64,000 nucleotides of DNA, taken from positions 5,088,001 through 5,152,000 of the forward strand of contig CAWDXG010000004.1 in assembly GCA_963806225.1 (NCBI GenBank), read 5' to 3'. Under the pieces are notes generated by a model. That model had not been told where the DNA came from, searched no databases, and saw only the letters and a program-made list of their open reading frames with translations. Origin of the DNA: an uncultured delta proteobacterium. Lineage in GTDB: Bacteria; Myxococcota_A; Polyangia; Polyangiales; Polyangiaceae. A program made the translations under genes and the position numbers. Below are positions 42,631 to 52,197 of the stretch, in pieces. Positions within the stretch are counted from its first letter, which is position 1; every line of letters begins with the position of its first letter.

Positions 42631-44817
42631 CTAGCGCTTCTGCACGGCCCACAGATGATACAGGATGTACTCGCCCTGTACTGGCACCAGGTGCACCTGG
42701 AGTGTTCGCTGTACGCGATCCGCGGGGACCGTGATTTTTGGCTGCTGCCAGGCGTCTTGCGGCAAGAGATGGACGACGGCCACGCGCTTTCCGTCGACCA
42801 CGACAGCGAACGCGGCTGGCTCGGCCGGCGCCACGCGGAACAGGAGAACGAGCTCGTGGCCCGGCGCGAGCCCGCGCAGCGCGAAGCTCTGCGCGACGGC
42901 GCCGACCGTGCGCCCCGCGTCCCACAGCGGCTTCGACGGCTTCTCCGGGTCGGGCAGGATCTTCATGTGGATGAAGCCCACGTTCTTCTTCGACAGCGCG
43001 TAGCCATGCTGCTTTTCACTGATGATGTCCGCCACGTCGAGCTCGTCGACGACGTGTTCGCCGGGCGTCAGCCGTGAAGGCGTTGCGCTGCCCCGGAGCG
43101 GACTCCAGTCGGGCCGGTAGATCACCTGCGCCGGGCCTCCGCAGATGACGTTGCCGCGTACCGGCACCTCGCCGATGCGATCGCCGAACCACAGCACGAA
43201 GTTGCCCCACCACGACGGATACGTCGCGATCACGTCGGGGCGCTCTTTCGCCGGCATGTGCTCGATGAGCTCGACGGCGGCACCGACGCCTTCCCGCGTT
43301 GCGCGGGCGAACGGCAGCTTGTGGTAGCCGCCGAGTCCGATCAGGTCCAGGGCGGGCAGATCGGCAGCGTAGGGGATGGCGCCGGCGTCGCTCACCAGCA
43401 CGCGATGCGGCGTGGGTTGGATGTGATCAAGCACGAGGCCGGTGCGGATGTGCTGCTCCAGGATGTTGCGCGAGGCGCGTCCGAAGAACCACACCTGATC
43501 GCGGAAGCGCTTCTTCTGGTGGTAGACGAAGAGCGACACTGCGATGAGCGCGGTCGCGATGCTGATGCCGCGCAGCATGCGCCCGCGCCTGCCCAGCGCC
43601 CACTTGTGCGACAGCAGCACGCCGACGCCGAGGCCCGCTGCGAGCAGCAGCCAGGCCACTGCGGGCATCGTGTAGCGCTCGTTCTGCCAGCGCACCTGGC
43701 CGTTCAGCGCGACGAGGAGCACCCACAGCGCTGCGCTCGACCAGAGCACGATCGCGTAGCGGCGCGTTCTGCGCGGGAACAACGCTACCAGTGCGAGCGC
43801 CCAGGCGATCCACCCGTAGCCCGCCGCGTCACTGAAGTGGTAGTTCGTCGCGCGCAGGACCTGGTATCCGGCGTGGAACTTCCATGCGTCCCAGACCTGG
43901 TGCGCGGTCATGTACGGGTGGTTCATCTCGAGCTTCACGAGCGAACCCGCCGCGGAGGCATCTCCCGTAAGGAGCTTGTTGGCGACGGCCTGGGCCAGGA
44001 GCACCAGCACGCCGGGCAGCGCCGAGGCGAGCAGTACGCGGAACGCGGCGCTACGACCCTGGCGCCGGAAGATCGTGATCGCCGCGCCCAGCGACAGCAC
44101 GGCGACGGCAACCGCGCCTTCCGGGCGCGTTGCCACGAGCGCCGCTCCCCACAGGCCCAGGAGCAGTCCGCCGATCCACACGCTTCGGCCGGGCTCCGCG
44201 CTCCGGGGAGCGACGATGTCGTCCCACGCGATGAGCGCGCCGCCCCAGATTGCGAGGAACAGCGCCACCTCCATTCCGCTGAAGAGGGTCCAGTCGAGCG
44301 CTCCGACGCAGAGCAGGGCGGGCGGCGCGAGGTAGCTCGTCCAGCGCGGCAGCCCGGCAAACATGCGGCGGCAGGCCAGGAGCAGCGCGAACACGCACAC
44401 GCACGCCACGATGCCCGCCCACATCATCAGCAGAAGCTGGCGGAAACCCACCCAGTAGCCGAACGCGAGGACCAGCGGATACAAGAGGCTGGTGCCTCCG
44501 CTCGAGTAGCCGTTGCCCGCGGACCACTGGAACGGAAAGCCGCGCGCGGCGGCGCGAGCGAAATCGAAATGGATGAAGACGTCGTCCAGCGGCGCCGACC
44601 ACGGTCCGGCGTGCCCGATCTGCGCGGCAAAGTGACGCGTTCCCACTTCGGCGTAGTGGGTCTGCAGCCGCATGTAGGAGTAGAAGCAGAGCGCGACGGC
44701 CAGCGTGCACGCGGCGGCGAACAGCGCATACAGCAGGGGCTCGGCGCGGAAACCGCGCCTCCGGGAAGCCGTCGGCGAGATGCCGGGCCCGCGGCGCCAT
44801 CCATCGCCGGTCGCCAT
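42631..44817 (-). CDS. Polytopic GT-C fold glycosyltransferase-like protein (AftB-like motifs)
   Basis: LDDVFIHFDFAR, SSGGTSLLY, SGMEV, TRPEG, RYTMP, DAGAIPY, DLIGLG; start inferred. Confidence 0.65.
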   Translation of the reverse strand: MATGDGWRRGPGISPTASRRRGFRAEPLLYALFAAACTLAVALCFYSYMRLQTHYAEVGTRHFAAQIGHAGPWSAPLDDVFIHFDFARAAARGFPFQWSAGNGYSSGGTSLLYPLVLAFGYWVGFRQLLLMMWAGIVACVCVFALLLACRRMFAGLPRWTSYLAPPALLCVGALDWTLFSGMEVALFLAIWGGALIAWDDIVAPRSAEPGRSVWIGGLLLGLWGAALVATRPEGAVAVAVLSLGAAITIFRRQGRSAAFRVLLASALPGVLVLLAQAVANKLLTGDASAAGSLVKLEMNHPYMTAHQVWDAWKFHAGYQVLRATNYHFSDAAGYGWIAWALALVALFPRRTRRYAIVLWSSAALWVLLVALNGQVRWQNERYTMPAVAWLLLAAGLGVGVLLSHKWALGRRGRMLRGISIATALIAVSLFVYHQKKRFRDQVWFFGRASRNILEQHIRTGLVLDHIQPTPHRVLVSDAGAIPYAADLPALDLIGLGGYHKLPFARATREGVGAAVELIEHMPAKERPDVIATYPSWWGNFVLWFGDRIGEVPVRGNVICGGPAQVIYRPDWSPLRGSATPSRLTPGEHVVDELDVADIISEKQHGYALSKKNVGFIHMKILPDPEKPSKPLWDAGRTVGAVAQSFALRGLAPGHELVLLFRVAPAEPAAFAVVVDGKRVAVVHLLPQDAWQQPKITVPADRVQRTLQVHLVPVQGEYILYHLWAVQKR

Positions 44818-45016
44818 GACCGGCGGCGATCTAGCACGGCTTGACCTGCGGCGGATGCCGCTTTCCGACGAGGCACTGGCCGGAGCCCGGCCGTGACAGG
44901 CGATCAGGGCGGATGCCACGCTGGTGTCGTTCCGGTGAAGTCCGGATTTGCCGCTTGCCGAGCCGCCTGGGAGGCGCTCTACTAGCGGTCCGCTTTTAGC
45001 GAGCCCCCGAGAAGGA

Positions 45017-46700
45017 ATGCGCTGGTTTGTAGAAGTGTCTCGCATCGGCGAGAGCGCCGAGGCACAGCGGTACTGCGTCGAGGCCAAGCAGTGGCAGGCC
45101 GCCCTCCAGGAGGCGCGCAAGCTGCGGGGCGATGCCGGTCCGCTGTCCAAGTTCTCGATCGAGCTGATGGACGACGGCTACCGCGCCGTCGATCCGAAGC
45201 TGAAGATCCGCTACGTCGTCAACAAGGCGCCGGCCGGCGCCCAGCTGACCGGCGAACACGGCGCCACGCCTCCGGCGACCAGCGCGCCTCCAGCGACCAG
45301 CGCGGCTCCGGCGACGACGCGGGGCAGCCTTGCGCCCGCGACGGAACGGATGAGCGGACCGCCCGCGAGCGTGCCGGCCCGCAAGCCGTCGCGCCCCGCC
45401 ATCAAGGTTCCGCACGACGAGGTGCCCCCCGCCCCGCCGCCGCCCGTCTCGAGCACGACGGCCGGGCCGCGCATGTCGGCGCATCCCACACAGCGCAGCT
45501 TCCAGGCTCCGAAGGCCCCGGCGTTCCGGCTCCTGCGCCAGCGCGAGGAAGAGCCGACGGAAAAGACACCCATCGCGTATCGCGAGTACGCCTACGCAGT
45601 GGAGGAGGGCACCGACGTCCGCGAGGCGGAGGTACTTCTGTGGTCGCGCTTCCGCGAGGTGCGTCAGGCGCTGGAAGGGCGTGCCGCTGGGCAGTTCGTG
45701 CAGCTCGCAGTCTTCGACCACGCGTTCGAGCGCCGCCCGAAGCGTCCGCCGCTGGCCACGATGGCGTGGAAGGACTGGCGCGGCAATCCGGTGGTGCAGT
45801 TCCCTGGCAGCTCGGCGACGCCGTCGGCTCCTCCGCCGGGTGCGCTCCCGGAGCCGGCTGCACCGGAGGCTCCAGCTGCGCCCGCCGCGCCGCCCGCGAA
45901 AGCGCCGGCCGAGTCCGCAGCTCCGCCTTCCGCAACGGCTCCGGCCCAGCCTGCGTCCGCGGCGCCCGCCGCTCCTGCGTCCGCGGCGCCCGCCGCTCCT
46001 GCGTCCGCGGCGCCCGCCGCGGAGCAGCCCGCGCCGGCCAAGCCCGCCGCGGCGCCAGCCAAGTCCGCCGCGGCGCCCGCCAAGCCCGCCGCGCCGGCCA
46101 AGCCCGTCGCGCCGCCGGCCAAGCCCGCGCCGGCGCCTGAAACCAAGCCGCCCGCCCGGCGTCACAAGGCCGGCGAGGATTCTGATCGGCGAGCTCTTCG
46201 AGACGATGCACGAGCTGCACTTCATGCCGGATCTGGTTGCCGGCTCGGAGTTCGTGCTCGGCGTAGTCGAGAAGACCCTGCCGTGCGAAGCGATTCTGGT
46301 GCACGTCTTCGACATCAACGCGCAGCACTACGTCGTGGTTCGCGCTAGCGCGCCTGGTGCGGCCAAGGTGATCATGCACCGCGTGCCGGACGGCGATGCG
46401 CTGTTCGAGCCCGTGATGCGGCGCATGCGCTCGCTCAGGATCGACGACGCAGCGAACGACGCCCGTCTCCAGGGGGAGCGCTGGAAGCTCGCTGGGGTCG
46501 AGGTCAAGAGCGCTATCTGCGGCCCGGTGCAGCTGGCGGGTCGCTATCTCGGCATGCTGGAGCTGGTCAACCCGCAGGGCGGCGGTGCGTTCTACGAGAG
46601 CGAAGCCAACGCGCTCGACTACATCTGCGAGCAGTTCGCCGAGTTCCTCGCCGCCCACCCGATCGTTCTCGACGCCGAGCTCATTCTCGCGAAGCCGTGA
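45017..46700 (+). CDS. Multidomain protein ending in a GAF domain, +1 frameshift at about 46180
   Basis: RBS GAAGGA; GAG GAT [T] CTG ATC GGC joins to LIGELFETMHEL...SAICGPVQLAGRYLGMLELVNP...F..SEANAL (GAF). Confidence 0.78.
45950..46021 (+). repeat. 24-bp intragenic repeat x3 encoding PASAAPAA
   Basis: cctgcgtccgcggcgcccgccgc(t/g) three times. Confidence 0.8.
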
Positions 46701-46843
46701 GCGGCGCGCGCCGCCGACGCCCGACGCGCGTGGTGATCGAGCATCGCCAGCGATCAGTGGTGCGAAAACACGATCAGCAGTAGCAGCACCAGCGACCCCA
46801 GCGCGCCCATCACGATCGCGAAGCGCTCCGCAGCGCGAGCAGA

Positions 46844-47737
46844 TCATCCTCGGGTCGAAGGTATCACGGCCGCGCGCGTGAAGCGCGCGATGGCGCGCGT
46901 CAGCGGGCTCTCGGGATCCATCAGGTCCGTCACGGCTGTGAAGTGGTTCCGACCCGGTTGCCGGATCATGTCGCAGGCCAGTCCGTGGTCGCGCCAGCTC
47001 CGAAGCATGTCGTCGGTCTGGCGGCGGAACTCCGCGGTCTCGGCTTCCCCGTAGCTCAGAAGCAGCGGTGGCGCCGCGGTCGGCAGCTCCAGCAGCAGCG
47101 GACTCTGGCGCTGGATCTGGGCAGCAGTGAGCTGCAGCGACGGCCCGATGCAAGACAGCGGCAAGGGCCTGAGGTCGTACAGACCGGAGATCGGCACGCC
47201 ACCGGCGATCGGAGCGGGGAGTCCGTAGTCGCCCGCCCAGTCGGTGAGCAGGCACATCAGCGTGAGGTGCGCGCCTGCCGAGTGCCCGCCAACGAAGAGC
47301 CGCGCGGGATCGACGCCGATCCCGGTCGCGTTCCGCGCGGTCCACGCGACGGCGGCCCGTGCTTGTCGCGTGATCTCGTCGATAGTCACCTTCGGGCAGA
47401 GCGAGTGGGTCGGGATTACGACCGTGATCCCGACACGCGACAGCCCGAGCGCGACGAAGTTGAATTCCTTCGCGGTGAGCATGCGAAAGTAGCCGCCGTG
47501 GAAGAACACCAGCGCCGGCGGCATACGCCCGTCTTCCCGTTGGGCCGGGAAGATGTCGAGCGTCTCGTCGCGCGTCGGGCCGTAGGCGACGTCCGCGCTA
47601 TGCGGCAGCTTGGCCCGCGCTTCCGCGCTCTTGTCGAGTAGCAGCTGGACGATCTGCGGGAATTCCGGGACCAGGTTGTCAACGTCGTATTCGGCGTCGA
47701 TCTCCGCCTGGGTCTCGAAGTGGCGGTAGAGCTTCAT
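46844..47737 (-). CDS. Alpha/beta hydrolase, arylformamidase (kynurenine formamidase)-like
   Basis: YGPTRDETLDIF, HGGYF, GHSAG, SGLYDL, NHF. Confidence 0.85.
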   Translation of the reverse strand: MKLYRHFETQAEIDAEYDVDNLVPEFPQIVQLLLDKSAEARAKLPHSADVAYGPTRDETLDIFPAQREDGRMPPALVFFHGGYFRMLTAKEFNFVALGLSRVGITVVIPTHSLCPKVTIDEITRQARAAVAWTARNATGIGVDPARLFVGGHSAGAHLTLMCLLTDWAGDYGLPAPIAGGVPISGLYDLRPLPLSCIGPSLQLTAAQIQRQSPLLLELPTAAPPLLLSYGEAETAEFRRQTDDMLRSWRDHGLACDMIRQPGRNHFTAVTDLMDPESPLTRAIARFTRAAVIPSTRG

Positions 47738-47952
47738 GCCGGAACAGCACGCAAGGACCGGGCCGCGCCCAGCCCTGGAAGGTCACCCCGATCGCGCATC
47801 CGGTGCTCGACGGCCCGCCCGGGCCGGCACCTGTTGCGGCTGCCGCGAACGGCGGTTCGCCTGTCACTGTTGTCACGCCCCTGTACCCCTGCGGACACGC
47901 TCCGTGCTCCCCGTCGAGGGCCAAGTCCTTGGAATCACTCGAATCGCATGCC

Positions 47953-47968
47953 TGGCACGGCGTGTGCT
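47953..47968 (+). promoter_or_regulatory. sigma54 (-24/-12) promoter
   Basis: TGGCACGGCGTGTGCT, perfect TGGCACG and GG-N10-GC spacing. Confidence 0.7.
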
Positions 47969-47980
47969 GTATCCCCAGAC

Positions 47981-48142
47981 ATGACCCCCACCCCCAACCC
48001 TCGGCGGATCCCGTTGCTGGCGGTGCTGTCCCTCCACGATCTCCGGCGCCTGTTCCGGCAGGCGCGGGTGACCGGCAAGGTCCAGCTGCCTCCGGTTCCG
48101 AGGCGTCAGGTCCCGCCGCCCCGCTCCGCTCGCGCTGCTTGA
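47981..48142 (+). CDS. Small basic hypothetical protein (53 aa), probably leaderless
   Basis: MTPTPNPRRIPLLAVLSLHDLRRLFRQARVTGKVQLPPVPRRQVPPPRSARAA; ATG lies at the expected sigma54 start site. Confidence 0.5.
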   Translation: MTPTPNPRRIPLLAVLSLHDLRRLFRQARVTGKVQLPPVPRRQVPPPRSARAA

Positions 48143-48146
48143 GCCG

Positions 48147-49415
48147 CTAGGGCTGCACGCCGATCGCGCCCACGTCGGCTGTCGTACCCGACCCCACGCT
48201 GAAGGCGCCCAGATCGGTGATGCTGCCATCCTTCTCGAAGCGGACCCGCCGCACCGCGGTGTTCTCGGCGACCAGCACGAGCCCAGTGAGCGCGCCGCGA
48301 TCGATCGACACCGCGTACCCCGGCAGCTGCGGCTTCCCACCCTGGTAGGCGAGCTCGCTGCCGAGTGAAAACGGCGCGGCGCCGTTCGACGGGTCGTAGG
48401 CGAGCTTGAAGATCGCGTTGCCGAACCCGCTGACGACCAGCGCGGCGTTGTCGTAGGGGGAGACCGCGAAGTCCAGCGGATCCTCGATCGGTGACAGCAC
48501 CTGCAGCGCGGCCATGGGAGCCAGGCCCACCACGCCGATGCGGTTCGCCGAGCTGGTGATGTCGTTGTCGCCGATCAGCGCGAATTTGGCGTCGTGCGTG
48601 ACCACCGCGCTAGAGACGATGGCTCCGGTGTCGGGGAAGGGGGCGGCGCTGCCGAGAACGCTGGGCGGATCGCCCCAGGAAAGCAGGTGCGCGCCGTTGC
48701 CCTCCGGAACCGATAGCACGTCCTTCGAGGCGAGCAGCGCGCGCGACGGATCGCCGGGAAGGAACGCCAGCCCGGCCGGGAGCTTCGCGGCGGCGACCAG
48801 GTGCGGCGTGCCCGGCGTGCCGTCGCAGCCGAGCGGCACTGCATAGATGCCGCCGCCGTTGTTCCGCCACTCGTCGTCGAGCACGTACGCCACGTCGCCG
48901 CCGGGATCGACGACGACGCTGCCGGCGTAGAAACCGCCGTCGAACGCGGCGTCCACGACCTGCGGCGCGCCGTTCGCGTCGAAGCGGAACACGCCGAGCT
49001 TGCCGTCCTCCTCGGCCACCAGCCCGACCTTGCCGTCGGGCGTGAAGGCGATCTCGCCGAGCGTCGAACGGCCGAGCTGGAAGCTCGTGCCCGGTTGCGA
49101 CAGCTCGCCGCTCGCCGACAGATCGAGCACCTCGTAGGTGTCGGCCTTGTTGCCGCTGGCGTCGAACGGATGGCTCACGACGACCTTGCGCACGGCATCG
49201 GCCGGCCCGGGCGTGCGGTGGCAGCCGCCCGCATCGCCCGCATCCGCCGCGTCGCTCTCTGCGTCGCTGCCCGCGTCCGTCGCGGCTTCCAGCGCTGCGT
49301 CCCCCGAGCCATCCGCCGCGGCGTCGTGCAGAGGTCCGCCCCCGCCGCCGCTGCTGTTGCTACCGCAGCCCGTGGCGAGCGCCATCGCCAGGAATACGAG
49401 CGCTGTCGTCCGCAT
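48147..49415 (-). CDS. Beta-propeller lipoprotein
   Basis: LATGC lipobox; blades IAFTPDGK, VVDPGGD, VTHDAK, AVSPYDN. Confidence 0.75.
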   Translation of the reverse strand: MRTTALVFLAMALATGCGSNSSGGGGGPLHDAAADGSGDAALEAATDAGSDAESDAADAGDAGGCHRTPGPADAVRKVVVSHPFDASGNKADTYEVLDLSASGELSQPGTSFQLGRSTLGEIAFTPDGKVGLVAEEDGKLGVFRFDANGAPQVVDAAFDGGFYAGSVVVDPGGDVAYVLDDEWRNNGGGIYAVPLGCDGTPGTPHLVAAAKLPAGLAFLPGDPSRALLASKDVLSVPEGNGAHLLSWGDPPSVLGSAAPFPDTGAIVSSAVVTHDAKFALIGDNDITSSANRIGVVGLAPMAALQVLSPIEDPLDFAVSPYDNAALVVSGFGNAIFKLAYDPSNGAAPFSLGSELAYQGGKPQLPGYAVSIDRGALTGLVLVAENTAVRRVRFEKDGSITDLGAFSVGSGTTADVGAIGVQP

Positions 49416-49454
49416 GTCGCCGAAGGTACGAGCGCCGGGTGCGGCCGTCTACGC

Positions 49455-50480
49455 CTATCCGCCGCGGCGCGCCGCGATCCGCTCCCGTGCGATGCGCTCT
49501 GCGATGCGGGACGGCGTAGCACTTTCCGCCGCGGCGCGTTCGAGCACTTCGCGCGCGGTCTCCCCGAGGCGGTCGATGAGGGCCGTGCGGTCCGCGAGGC
49601 CCATCACCGTGCGCCCGATGCCATCGACGACCGCGCCCGCCGACGCGATCTCGTCCGGCACGTGCAGAATCCCACGGCGCCTGAGCTCCTCGGCGGCGCT
49701 CTCCGACGCGAGGATGCCGTTCGCCGCGCCCGCGACGCACCATGCGGAGAGCCGCGTTGCGACGCCGCGGTCGACCACGCCGCCGATCGCGCAAGGGGCG
49801 ATCACGTCGACGTCCGACTGGAGAACCTCGTCGGCAGCCACGATGCTGGCGCCCGTGGCGTCGGCGACGGCGCGCGCCCTTTCCGCGTCGGTGTCGGCCA
49901 CACGCACGCGCGCGCCGCGCGCCGCGAGCTCGCGCGCCGCGGCGCCGCCGATCGCGCCCGCTCCCTGCACCGCGACCGACAGCCCGTCCAGGCTCCGGCC
50001 CCGGAGCGCAGCGGCGGACTCGATGCAGCGACCGAGGCCGCGTGCGACGGCGGCGGCCAGACCGCCCTCGCCGGTGTGGGCGAAGCGCGTGTGCCGGGCC
50101 ATCGCCTCCACGTCCTCGCCGCGCGTACCGAGGTCGCCGGCCGTGCGGAACAAGCCGCCCAGCTCCTCCACGCGCTGCCCCAGGAGCGCGAATGCCCGCT
50201 CCCGATCAAGCCCGGGGTGATCGATCACCACCATCTTGCCGCCGCCGGCGTCCAGACCGGCGAGCGAGCACTTGAGCGTCATCGCGCGGGCCAGGCGCGC
50301 CGCGTCCGCCGCCGCTTCGCCCGCCGACGCATAGTGCCAGGTGCGCACGCCGCCGGCCGCGGGCCCGAGCGTCACGTCGTCGATCACGAGCACGGCGAAG
50401 AGCCCGCTCGGCGTGTCGCGGAACACGAAACAGCGCGCCACGTCCAGGGCATCGAGCGTCTCGGCCAGGGTATCTGCCAC
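49455..50480 (-). CDS. Glu/Leu/Phe/Val dehydrogenase (leucine dehydrogenase-like)
   Basis: GPAAGGVR, LARAMTLK, GGGK, VQGAGAIG, APCAIGG, GAAN; GTG start inferred. Confidence 0.88.
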   Translation of the reverse strand: MADTLAETLDALDVARCFVFRDTPSGLFAVLVIDDVTLGPAAGGVRTWHYASAGEAAADAARLARAMTLKCSLAGLDAGGGKMVVIDHPGLDRERAFALLGQRVEELGGLFRTAGDLGTRGEDVEAMARHTRFAHTGEGGLAAAVARGLGRCIESAAALRGRSLDGLSVAVQGAGAIGGAAARELAARGARVRVADTDAERARAVADATGASIVAADEVLQSDVDVIAPCAIGGVVDRGVATRLSAWCVAGAANGILASESAAEELRRRGILHVPDEIASAGAVVDGIGRTVMGLADRTALIDRLGETAREVLERAAAESATPSRIAERIARERIAARRGG

Positions 50481-50591
50481 GGCTCGCGGATGGTGCGCGC
50501 CCGGCGTCACACTGTCCAGCCGCGCGTTCTCCGGCCCCCCTCTCCGCGCCGGACAAGCACAATCCGGCAATAGCAGCTACTCTCTCGCCCC

Positions 50592-52193
50592 ATGGCGGAC
50601 CGCACGAGGCGCGAGCGCCTTCTGACGTTCCTGCTCCTGCCGGTGATCGTCCTGGCGGCGCTGGTGCTGGAAGGGGTGACCTTCCGCAACAGCTTCCAGT
50701 TGGAGAAGCTGCGCGAGCAGTCCGTCGTCGAGGCCACGCTGCTGCTCGCCAACGAGAAGGCTGACCGTCTCGACAAGCGCATCATCGAGCAGGACAACGC
50801 CGTCGCCTCCGTCATCGACCCGGACGATCGACAGCACTTCGGCGCTGACTGGTTGAAGGTCGCTGTGCGCCAGACCCCGTCGGTGCGCGCCGTGCTGGTC
50901 GTGGACCTGAGCTCGCCAGCGCACGACGTGGTGGCGTTCGCGTCGCGCGCGCCGGGGCCGGATGACGAGCGATTCCGGCGCCTTCTGGTCGGCACCATGC
51001 TCGCCGACATGAAGCTGGACCAGGCTCCGCGCCGCCAGCTCCGCCACCTGCACAAGACGTATCGCGGCGCGAGCTATCTGGTCAGCTACTGGCAACGCGA
51101 TCTGCATCACCGGCGTTACCTGGTCTGCGCCTGGCACGACGTTCCGCGCATCGTGCACGACCTTTTTCCCGCGCTCTATTCCGACCACGACCAGCAGAGC
51201 CGCGTGAACGTGGTCGACAGCGAGGGGCGCATCATCTACGGGCCGCCGCTCAGCCGAGGCGGCTTCACCCTCGGCCGTCACTTCCAGACCACGCTGTACA
51301 AGTGGCGCCTGAACGTCACGATGACCTCGGCCGAGGAGCTCGCCGCCGCCGTCGCGCGCCGCCGCGTGCTGGAGATGGTGATGGTCGGCCTATCCGGCCT
51401 CGTCGTGATCGCGGGCCTGATCGTGGTCCTGGTCGCCGCGGCGCGCGAGCGCAAACTGTCCAACCTCAAGAGCGACTTCGTGGCCAACGTGTCGCACGAG
51501 CTGAAGACGCCGCTGTCGCTGGTGCGTATGTTCGGCGAGCTGCTCTCGAGCGGGCGCGTCGAGAGCGAGGAGAAACGGAGACAGTATCTCCAGATCATCA
51601 CGACCGAGAGCGAGCGACTGAGCGCGCTCATCGAGAACGTGCTGGATTTCGCCAAGGTGGAGCGGGGCAAGGCGGCCTACGAGTTCAGCGACGGCAGCGT
51701 GGGCGAAGTCGTGACCCGGGCCGTGGATGCGTGTCGCGTGCGCGCAGAGCGCGAGAACACAGCGCTGGAACTCGAGATCGAGGATCAGCTCCCGGCGGTG
51801 AAGCTCGACGAGCGCGCCATCGAGATCGCGGTCATCAACCTGGTCGACAACGCGCTCAAATACGCGCCGGACTCGCGAACCATCCGCGTTTCCGTGAAGC
51901 GCGCCGACGGTCGCATCGAGATCCGCGTCACCGACGAGGGCGACGGGATCCACGCCGACGACAGAAAGCGCATCTTCGATCGTTTCGTACGCGGCAGGGG
52001 CGCGTCCGACAACCAGGTCCGCGGTAGCGGAATCGGCCTTGCGCTGGTCAAACACATCGCCGAGGCGCACGGCGGGCGCGCCTGGGTAGAGCCGACCCGC
52101 CCGCACGGAAGCAGCTTCGGCATCTCGATCCGCGTCGATGGAGCCCGCGCGAGCTCGGCCTCCCCCGCCCGGGAGTCGCCGAGCACGGCGTAG
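50592..52193 (+). CDS. Membrane sensor histidine kinase (2 TM, HisKA and HATPase)
   Basis: SHELKTPL, NLVDNALKY, DEGDGI, GSGIGL. Confidence 0.95.
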   Translation: MADRTRRERLLTFLLLPVIVLAALVLEGVTFRNSFQLEKLREQSVVEATLLLANEKADRLDKRIIEQDNAVASVIDPDDRQHFGADWLKVAVRQTPSVRAVLVVDLSSPAHDVVAFASRAPGPDDERFRRLLVGTMLADMKLDQAPRRQLRHLHKTYRGASYLVSYWQRDLHHRRYLVCAWHDVPRIVHDLFPALYSDHDQQSRVNVVDSEGRIIYGPPLSRGGFTLGRHFQTTLYKWRLNVTMTSAEELAAAVARRRVLEMVMVGLSGLVVIAGLIVVLVAAARERKLSNLKSDFVANVSHELKTPLSLVRMFGELLSSGRVESEEKRRQYLQIITTESERLSALIENVLDFAKVERGKAAYEFSDGSVGEVVTRAVDACRVRAERENTALELEIEDQLPAVKLDERAIEIAVINLVDNALKYAPDSRTIRVSVKRADGRIEIRVTDEGDGIHADDRKRIFDRFVRGRGASDNQVRGSGIGLALVKHIAEAHGGRAWVEPTRPHGSSFGISIRVDGARASSASPARESPSTA

Positions 52194-52197
52194 GCCG

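Noticed and set aside
46844..46846. Selenocysteine at the hydrolase UGA
   Set aside because: Position is outside the catalytic fold, no Cys-equivalent context and no clear bacterial SECIS
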